In this document: positions 54,147 through 64,000 of the stretch, in pieces
Layout of the letters: the number at the start of each line of letters is the position of its first letter
How positions within the stretch are numbered: the first letter of the stretch is position 1
NCBI RefSeq assembly: GCF_006345805.1
Contig: NC_043017.1
Location: 28,706,001 to 28,770,000 of the forward strand
From: Octopus sinensis
Lineage: Eukaryota
DNA: 64,000 bases
Reading direction: 5' to 3'
The notes under the pieces: model-generated
What the model saw: the letters and a program-made list of their open reading frames with translations, nothing else
Databases searched by the model: none
What the model was told of the DNA's origin: nothing
Translations under genes and position numbers: made by a program

Positions 54147-54210
54147 ATGTATTCATTAATGCATAAAGTTCTATATAGATATGCATACACGCATATTTAT
54201 TAAGCATGTA

Positions 54211-54499
54211 GGATCTTTTCCTTTTGAACGGCACTTTTTAACACAATTTCTAGTTAACTAAACACTTTAAAACTTCGTATACTGGTAGACGCAGCAAATG
54301 ATTTTAGCTCACTAGAGGCGATTTATTGATTAAAATTCGAAAAATTAAACTACGTTACACAAACAAATTACAATTTTATCAAGAAAGCCAAGAGAAAAAA
54401 ATGTTTTATTTTGACACATTCTACCGGTATACGAAGTTTTAAAAGTGTTTAGTTAATTAGAAATTGTGTCGAAAAGTGCCGTTCAAAAGGAAAAGATCC
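54211..54499. mobile_element. GGATC-MITE with ~90-bp inverted ends and 8-bp TSD (AGCATGTA/AACATGTA)
   Basis: TIR GGATCTTTTCCTTTTGAACGGCAC. Confidence 0.85.
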
Positions 54500-54619
54500 A
54501 ACATGTACAAGAAGAAGCCTAACCAGCAAAAAATTCGAAGTCACTGTCACCACACTTGGTAAAAATCTCATGTTCGTATTTTCTATTAATGAATATTGAT
54601 TTCAAATTTTGGGACGAGG

Positions 54620-54805
54620 CCAACAAGTTGGAGAGATTACATCGACCACTACTCCTCGACTGGTACGTATTTAATCGACCCAGAACGGGTGAAAAGCAAA
54701 GATCTTCACCACCACCTCGGCTGAATTTATACTCAGAACGTAAAAGGCAAGAAATACTGCCAAGCATTTTGCCCGGTGTGCTAACGATTCGGCCAGCTCG
54801 CCGCC
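54620..54805 (-). mobile_element. SINE B, decayed
   Basis: Minus-strand head GGCGGCGAGCTGGCCGAATCGTTAGCAC. Confidence 0.6.
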
Positions 54806-54932
54806 TAAATCAACCAATAAATATTGAGTAATTCTTTTGTTTACAAGTAAATTGCTTTTCTATATAACTTATCATAAAACAACCATCAATATATATCTAT
54901 ATATATATATGTGTGTTGTGTGTGTGTGTGTG

Positions 54933-54965
<33 letters not shown>

Positions 54966-55456
54966 TATGTATGTGTGTGAGTGTGTGTGTGTGTGTTGGA
55001 CCCATAGACACAACGATATATACACTCACACACACAGTCACGTGTTGTTATTTCTCGACAAACAAATCGATCAGTAATTGCATGGTTATCTGTTCGTGTG
55101 TTGTGATGGAGTAATTACCAAACAAGATGATATCATTTAGTACATTCTGAAGATACGTATTTCATCAAAGTATTAGATTCGATATCAGTTGCTTTCAAAC
55201 TATCCAAACTATCAACCAGTTCCATTGCTATGTAATAAAAGGCTCTTCTCAAATATATCATATTATTTCTCAGAACAAATTAAATAGCAAGCCATAGGAA
55301 TATATCAATACGGCATGCCTGATACGGTATGTCTTCATCATAGTTTCAAGAACAGTTGTGTAGGTGCGACTTCCACTACGCTATGGTCAAAACTCAGATT
55401 CGATACCACTATGCTAACTTTGAAAATGGATTGCTTTGCTCAATATATTAATATAT

Positions 55457-56172
55457 TAGCGTAGCGTATTTCGTCTGCCGTTACGTTCTGGGTTCAAATT
55501 CCGCCGAGGTCGACTTTGCCTTTCATCCTTTCGGGGTCGATAAATTAAGTACCAGTAACGCACTGGAGTTGATGTAATTGACTTAATCTGTTTGTCTGTC
55601 CTTCTTTGTCCCCTCTGTGTCTAGCCCCTTGTGGGTAGTAAAGAAATAGGTATTTCGTCTGCCGCTACGTTCTGAGTTCAAATTCCGCCGAGGTCGACTT
55701 TGCCTTTCATCCTTTCGGAGTCGATAAATTAAGTACCAGTTACGCACTGGAGTTGATGTAATTTACTTAATCTGTTTGTCTGTCCTTGTTTGTCCCCTCT
55801 ATGTTTAGCCCCTTGTGGGTAGTAAAGAAATAGGTATTTCGTCTGTCGTTACGTTCTGAGTTCAAATTCCGCCGAGGTCGACTTTGCCTTTCGTCCTTTC
55901 GGGGTCGATAAATTAAGTACCAGTTACGCACTGGGGTTGATGTAATTGACTTAATCTCTTTGTCTGTCCTTGTTTGTCCCCTCTATGTTTAGCCCCTTGT
56001 GGGTAGTAAAGAAATAGGTATTTCGTCTGTCGTTACGTTCTGAGTTCAAATTCCGCCGAGGTCGACTTTGCCTTTCATCCTATCGGGGTCGATAAATTAA
56101 GTACCAGTTACGCACTGGGGCTGATGTAATTGACTTAATCTCTTTGTCTGTCCTTGTTTGTCCCCTCTGTGT
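55457..56172 (+). repeat. SINE B tandem array, 4 units, 184-bp period
   Basis: Junction GAAATAG|GTATTTCGTCTG at 55649/50, 55833/34 and 56017/18. Confidence 0.9.
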
Positions 56173-56316
56173 TTCCGTCTAACAAATCCACTCACAAGGC
56201 ATTGGTCGGCCCTGGGCTATAGCAGAAGACACTTGCCCAAGATGCCACGCAGTGGGACTGAAACCGGAACTATGTGGCTTGTTAGCAGGCTACCTACCAC
56301 ACAGCCACTTCTGCGC
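56173..56316 (-). mobile_element. SINE A 5' half fused to the end of the SINE B array
   Basis: Junction CCCCTCTGTGTTT/CCGTCTAACAAATCC. Confidence 0.75.
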
Positions 56317-56511
56317 CTATTATCAAGACTCGTCTTAGAGATATGCAAAGACTAGAGAATAATTATGGCTTAGTGTAATTTGCATAATTAAGACAAATCT
56401 GAATCGAGAGAAATAAGTCAGAGTGGACAATTGCATGTTTACAACGATGCTGCTGCTGCCTGTTCTTTTCTTCTCTTTTTTTTTTTCTTTCCGTTTCCCG
56501 AAACATAAATG

Positions 56512-56885
56512 GGGTCTTTTCCTTTTGAACGGCACTTTTTTCACCACAATTTCTAGTCAACTAAACAATTTTAAACTTCGTATACTGGTAGAAGGTGTCA
56601 AAATAAAACATTTTTTTCTCTTGGCTTTCTTGAGAAATTTGTAATTTGTTTAACGTAGTTTAATTTTTCGAATTTTAACCAATCAATGGCCTCTATTGAG
56701 ATAAAATCATTTGCTGTGTCTAAAGCTGAGATAACATCCTGTCACTAACCATAACCCTACATTTTCTCGAGAAAGCCAAGAGAAAAAATGTTTTATTTTG
56801 ACTCATTCTACCAGTATACGAAGTTTAAAAGTGTTTAGTTAACTAGAAATTGTGTTGAAAAGTGCCGTTGAAAAGGAAAAGATCC
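56512..56885. mobile_element. GGATC-MITE copy
   Basis: Same TIRs and subterminal sequence as 54211-54499; TSD not clear. Confidence 0.8.
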
Positions 56886-56978
56886 AAATATTTCGTATGC
56901 AAAATTTGTGCAACAACTAATTCATTCGGTTGTACAAATTGTTTGCACGGGAACCCTGTCCCGTGTGGCGGTTTCTCC

Positions 56979-57987
56979 GTTTTTGTGGATCTGTTTTCGG
57001 CTTTTTTAGCCGTTTCTGTTTTAGAGCATGGCGTCTTCAAGCCATGAAGTCGACGCTGGAAAGAACGGTGGTCTCCTTGACAACGCTTTACGACGTTGAT
57101 TTCCTTACACTGCCTTCACCACAGGTTCACGAGGGACGGAAGAAGGGGAGGAGCTACACAGGTGCAGGTGCGAGCATTGACGCCAACTCCGCCGCCACCG
57201 ACACAAAGAAAAAATTGGAAGAAGCCAGACGACAGCTTAACAGTCAACTTACGGACAACTCGGCCACGGATCTTTTCCTTTTGAACGGCACACACACACA
57301 CACACACACCACACACACACGCACACACGCACACACGCACATGCACACACGCACACACACGCACACACGCACACGCACACACACACACACACACGCACGC
57401 ACACACACACACACACGCACACACGCACGCACACACACACGCACGCACACACACACACACGCATACACACGCACACACACACACGCACACACGCACATGC
57501 ACACACGCACGCACACACGCACACGCGCACACGCACACACACACATACACACACACACACGCACACACGCACGCGCACACACACATGCACGCACACACAC
57601 ACACCACACACACACACACAGACGTACACACGCACACACGCACATGCACACACGCACACACACACACGCACACGCGCGCACGCACACACACACACACGCA
57701 CACACACTACACACACACGCACACACACTACACACACACACGCACACACGCACACACGCACACACACACGCACAAGCACACACACGTGTCCGTGTGTGTG
57801 TGCATGCGTGTGTGCGTGTGTGCCTGTGTGTGCCTGTATGCATGTGTGTGTGTGCGTGTAGTGTGTGTGCGTTTGTGTGTGCGTGTGTGCGTGTGTGTGC
57901 GTGCGTGTGTGCGTGTATGTGTGTGTTTGTGTGTGTGTGTGTGTGCGTGCGTGTGTGCGTGTGTGTGTACGTGCGTGTGTGCGTGTA

Positions 57988-58021
<34 letters not shown>

Positions 58022-58330
58022 CCGTTCAAAAGGAAAAGATCCGTGGCCGAGTTGTCCGTAAGTTGACTGTGAAGCTGTCGTCTGGGTTGTTCCAATTTTT
58101 TCTTTGTGTCGGTGGTGGCGGAGTTGGCGTCCATGCTCGCACCTGCACCTGTGTAGCTCCTCCCCTTCTTCCCTCCCTCGTGAAGCTGTGGTGAAGGCAG
58201 AGTAGGGAAATCAACGTCGTAAAGCGTTGTCAAGGAGACAAGCCTTCTTTTAGAACGACGACTTCAAGGCTTGAAGACACCATGCCAAAACAGAAATGGC
58301 TAAAAATGCCGAAAACAGATCCACAAAAAC
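56979..58330. repeat. Large diverged inverted repeat: ~290-bp unique arm, MITE TIR, (CA)-rich | (TG)-rich, MITE TIR, unique arm
   Basis: 56979-57290 is the reverse complement of 58020-58330 with scattered substitutions; CA-to-TG switch at ~57785. Confidence 0.9.
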
Positions 58331-58650
58331 TTATTCTTTGTAAGCCTAGTACTTATTCTATCAGTCTCTTTTGCCGAACTGCTAGCTTACGGGGACATAA
58401 ACACACCAGCACCGGTCGTCAAGCGATGTTGGGGGGACAAACACAGACATACAAACATATACACACATATACATATATATACATATATACGACGGGCTTC
58501 TTTCAGTTTCCGTCTACAAAATCCACTCACAAGGCTTTGGTTGGCCCGAGGCTATAGTAGAAGACACTTGCCCAAGATGCCAGGCAGTGGGACTGAACTC
58601 GGAACTATGTGGTTGGTTAGCAAGCTGCTTACCACACAGCCACTCCTACG
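58331..58650 (-). mobile_element. SINE A lacking its tail end
   Basis: Starts directly at the end of the inverted-repeat arm. Confidence 0.8.
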
Positions 58651-58670
58651 CCTTTGGTACTTATTTGGTA

Positions 58671-58905
58671 GAAAGGCGGCGAGCTGGCAGAAACGTTAGC
58701 ACGCCGGGCGGAATGCGTAGCCGTATTTCGTTTGCCGTTACGTTCTGAGTTCAAATTCCGCCGAGGTTGACTTTGCCTTTCATCCTTTCGGGGTCGATTA
58801 AATAAGTACCAGTTGCGCACTGGGGTCGATATAATCGACTTAATCCGTGTGTCTGTCCTTGTTTGTTCTCTGTGTGTTTAGCCCCTTGTGGGTAGTAAAG
58901 AAATA
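58671..58905 (+). mobile_element. SINE B, full length, 15-bp TSD
   Basis: GGTACTTATTTGGTA at 58656-58670 and 58906-58920. Confidence 0.9.
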
Positions 58906-59734
58906 GGTACTTATTTGGTACAACAAAGATGTATTTAATATCAGAAGACAGAGTAACATTACTTAACCCGTCATGTATTGAATTCGGTATGGTATTCATT
59001 GCTGTAGCTATCACAATAATTATTTATTGCATATTATTCATTCGAATTACGTTCTAATTATTACTGCTTAGGCGAAGATACGTCAGTCTGAGAAGATTTA
59101 TGGCCATAGCCTTTCATGTCTTGAACAAACCATCTTAATTTCAAAACTGTATCTATTAAATGAGCTGTTTTCTAAAGAATTATGACGCGATTTCACAAGG
59201 AATAAACTGCCGTATTAAGCAGGCTCATCGTTAACTCATGTAGTAACGGAACAAACGAAGGAAAACCCACAACTCCGGCCGCCCCTTCTCTTCTTTTTTT
59301 CCAGCCCTGATCATCTCTAATTTAGCAAACCTTGGAAAAAATGCATATCAGCGTTTACCAATGGCTGTCGCTTTATTATTCAGTGATAAATTTTCCAGAG
59401 ACCATTATTCATCGGGTCTTTTTCCTTATCTTAAACGGGGCAGGTTTTAAAGATGAGCCAAATTTGGCTATTATTTCTAGTTGTTCAATGAGCACGTATA
59501 GGCCTTTCATCTGTCTCATGCTGCATTGAATCTGCGACTATATTTCTTGTCATTGTCAAAACATTTACCTCAGTGTCGTCAACAATCTAAAGACATAACG
59601 TTTTAACAAATTAATATGGACACCAAATACTGCAGCTGCACTTTAACTGCAGATCCTTCTAGCATTATTATGTTAGTAATCTAAAGTTACACATAAGAGA
59701 AAAGGTACAAAATATCATTTGTTTATATATATAT

Positions 59735-59935
59735 CGTGTGTACCGTTGGTGATTTTTTCCCCTCTGTCTTCCCTTCTCGGGATTTTCCCTTCTCCTATGT
59801 TTCCGACGAAGAGCTCTGCTCGAAACGTTAAACCCCCCTCTTTCCTTCTTTCCTGAGCTTCCAATAATACTATATTTGTTCCACGTCCTCGCGTTGTTGT
59901 GTTTTTTTGTGCTTTCTTGTTGGGATTAACTTTAT
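59735..59935 (+). mobile_element. Copy of the 1668-1875 element with minimal hammerhead-like motif (59799-59833)
   Basis: GTTT-CCGACGA-A-GAGC-tct-GCTC-GAAACGT-T-AAAC; ends in (TA)n. Confidence 0.6.
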
Positions 59936-60532
59936 ATAAATATATATATATATATATATATAATAACAAATGATATTTTTTACCTAATGTCGATTGATTT
60001 TCGTTATTTTTCCCTTTTGCCTGCGTGGATCGTTTTCAAGTACTTTGGTTTTTCTGGGAGCCCCTTTTAAAGTAGAAGGAATAGCTAAGAATTTTTGACT
60101 GCTATTTCTAAACTTCGGTATGCAGTGAAGCAAATCTTTGCTGAACCCTAATTATAAGGTATAGATATAAATGTATATATATTATTGTTAGGACCAAGAG
60201 GTACAAACGATGTTACCGCATCGTAGAAAATTGCTGGCCATGTATCCTAACTTACATACGTGATGTATAATCGCCCTGCAGCCACGTGGTTTCTAGTTCA
60301 GTCTTGTTATAGCACTGGGCCGACAATACCTTGTCAGAAAATTTGGTAGACGGAAACTGTGTAGAAGCCCAAGCCCGCTAAATTTTAGGTAGCTCATCGA
60401 ATCTATCGTAAAATTTTACATAAGAACACATACTTTGTTCTTATGTATCTTCTTTTTCTGTCAACCATTGATGTACAGACACACAAGCATACAGATGTTG
60501 AGCGTTATTTTATAGATACATACATACATACA

Positions 60533-60568
<36 letters not shown>

Positions 60569-60570
60569 TA

Positions 60571-60616
<46 letters not shown>

Positions 60617-61259
60617 ATATATATAATATCAATATCTATATATACAATATATATATATAACACATATATAAATACATATATATATATATATATATACGAC
60701 ATAACACAACACTATATATATATATATATATATTATATAGTATATATAAGAGAGAGAGAGAGAGGGGGGAAGGGAAAATACAAAGTGAGAAATAGTTAAT
60801 AATATATGAGTGTGTGTGTGTGCTTGTTTCTTCTTGTGAGTGTGTGTTTGTGTGTGTGTGTGTGGGTGTGTGGGTGTGAGATGTGCTTAGCTCTGAATAG
60901 TTCTCCAAATGAAGACTATATCGTTCTTTTGTTCTTTTTTTTTCTGCATCGAGCAATTCAATTTGAAAGGTATTGTTATCCACATTTATTATTCGCAATC
61001 GAAACTGGTAGTTCTTTCCGCTAAGAATTCCATCTCCTTGTCTGTCTTAGTTAATAATTAATAAGATATGTCTTAATATTATATGCAAGATTGTTCTTCT
61101 CCCCCGAAGTAGGCTACTGCAATCTTCAATATTTTCAAACTATACTGACAAAAATTATCTCCCTTCCGCAATGGGAGTGTTAGTAGTTGACTCTAGATTC
61201 GTTTTACCGAGATGTGTTCTTTGCAATAAATATATAATTGTGGTATTTGGTACTTTTTT

Positions 61260-61785
<526 letters not shown>

Positions 61786-61872
61786 AATATTTCATACAAA
61801 TATAAAGGTCAATGTATGTGTCTATGTATGTAGCCAGTTGTGTACGGGAATGTTTCCGTGTGTGTGCGGGTG

Positions 61873-61908
<36 letters not shown>

Positions 61909-62279
61909 GATCCAGAGAGGGAGAGAGAGGAAAAAAGGACGGACAGACAATGTGTGTACGTCTAGTGTGATCGTTAATCATATTGCCAAATGTATGCTTC
62001 AGTATATATAAAATATTAATGTTATAAAGCGATATTATGCATACATATCTTGATAAATAGAAATTGTATATATATATATATAGATATATATATATATTAT
62101 ATATAAAATATATATATATACATATATACATGCATATATATATACATACACACACATACATATATGCATATATATATATACATATATATATATCTATATA
62201 TATATATATATATATCTATATATATATATATGTATATATATATACATACATATAAATATATATAATATATATATATATA

Positions 62280-62356
<77 letters not shown>

Positions 62357-62393
62357 ATATATATATATATACATACATATAAATATATATAAT

Positions 62394-62429
<36 letters not shown>

Positions 62430-63474
62430 CTCTAGCAAGATGTAACCTTATAAATTAATCCATATATTCGTATAAGGTTATTTCGTCCATTTTTACAAAA
62501 ATTTCCATATTGAAGACCCTCCTGTATTTTCGCTTCCTCTACTTTTGTTTCACTTCAGTCTATCGCTTACGATCATTCATTTCTTTCCCCCTATTCATTC
62601 ATTCCTTCTTCTCTCTTTAATATTCTCATTGTCTCTTCCTCTTTTTCTCTTCCGTTTAATTATGTTCTTCTTTACTGCCTATTCTTTCATATTTTTTTCT
62701 TCATTCTTCCCTTCTCTTATATATCTTTTCTTCTTAAACAAATTGTCTTACATCCACCTTTCCCTTTACGTTGAATATTCGATACATTTCATTTCTTTTT
62801 CCATATATGGTATTAATTTTTTTTTCCTTAATTTCTCTAAATCCTACTTCATTTCTGTTTTTCTTTCATCTTTTCATTGATTTTCCACTATTTTTGCACT
62901 TTATTCTTGATCACATTCCTTTTTCTGTACATTTTTTGTTCTATAATTTTCTACGTTTCTATATTTTTCTTACCTCTTCATTTCTTTCTTCCATTTTATT
63001 TCATATCTTTCCGTATTTCCTTTCTTCCTTTCAAGATTTGAATTTCTCTAAATATCCACTCAATCTTTCCTTTTGTATTTCCGATTACCCTCTCATTTCG
63101 TTCCTTCTTTCTCACTTCCTGTCCCCGATAGTCTGCTTGTATGTTTTATAAAGTATTTGCTGTAGCGTGATGTATTGGATGATTCATATATTTTCATGTT
63201 TCAAAGAGATTATTTGTTGAACGTTATAATTTATATAAATTGTTAGATATTATATTGTTGTTTCGTTTTGTTCCCAATTTTATAGCACCAACGAGCTACT
63301 TTTACCCTAAGTTTTGATGTTATGAATAACAATATTACATACTTATAATTGAAGGAAATGCGTGCAGGCTTCATATATGAGTTTATTGGTTTCAGAGCTC
63401 ATGACATTTTACGTTTCAAACATAGAGTCGCAGAGAATAACAGTATGTGCCTTGGGATTTAGTATATATATATG

Positions 63475-63476
63475 TA

Positions 63477-63510
<34 letters not shown>

Positions 63511-63593
63511 CTATCTATCTATATCTATCTATCTATCTATATCTATCTATCTATCTATCTATATCTATCTATCTATATCTATCTATCTATCTT

Positions 63594-63670
<77 letters not shown>

Positions 63671-63690
63671 ATCTCTATCTATATATATAT
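63475..63690. repeat. (TCTA)n microsatellite
   Basis: Direct reading. Confidence 0.95.
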
Positions 63691-64000
63691 ATACGTGTGT
63701 GTCTGTCTGTGTATCTGTCTGTGTGTGTGTGTGTCTCTGTGTATTTGTGCGTATAGTTACGTAATTTACTGTGATATTTACAATGTTGCATACTGCATTA
63801 GAGCAAAATTTATTAATCATAGAACAATACCAATGCAACTACTACTACCACTACAATGATGATGGCGACCACTACTACAACAACTACGGATACTATTACT
63901 TCCAACAGCAACAACAACAACAATAACAATAATAATAATAACGTCTACTGAAACCGTAATTGCTATAGTACCGAGTCGTTCACATGTTACGTCAAATCTG

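Noticed and set aside
56930-58233. 378-aa, 329-aa and related His-Thr/Val-Cys ORFs
   Set aside because: Translations of CA/TG microsatellite within the inverted repeat
59304-59448. Strong pyrimidine-tract acceptor followed by a ~48-codon open frame
   Set aside because: No recognisable protein and no partner exons; single-signal evidence only

Overview
AT-rich, microsatellite-saturated animal genomic DNA. The repeat repertoire looks like a cephalopod, most likely Octopus (my recognition, not database-verified). There is one 100-N gap at 22634-22733. I cannot support any intact host gene; nearly all ORF-track entries are translations of (TA)n, (CA)n, (TCTA)n or trinucleotide repeats. The window is a mosaic of tRNA-derived SINEs (some as head-to-tail arrays), decayed LINEs (CR1, RTE, RTE-X-like, a possible R4/Dong-like tail), Tc1/mariner relics, a MITE family with GGATC ends and 8-bp TSDs, Helitron-like non-autonomous elements and a Penelope-like (GIY-YIG) fragment. 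The main unannotated signal is a set of type I hammerhead-ribozyme (HHR) motifs in several unrelated short elements lying in or beside (TA)n tracts. I folded these by hand: complete or near-complete at 39301-39356, 42224-42314 and 42688-42778; core-variant minimal forms at 1736, 12467, 18267 and 59799; a half motif at 25.9 kb; decayed candidates at 24.9 and 45.8 kb. Their stem III is repeatedly self-complementary. Two related copies are fold-back hairpins, one a ~614-bp palindrome carrying an HHR on each strand. This suggests Penelope-derived, microsatellite-targeting, retrozyme-like elements. A second large (~1.35 kb) diverged inverted repeat lies at 56979-58330.
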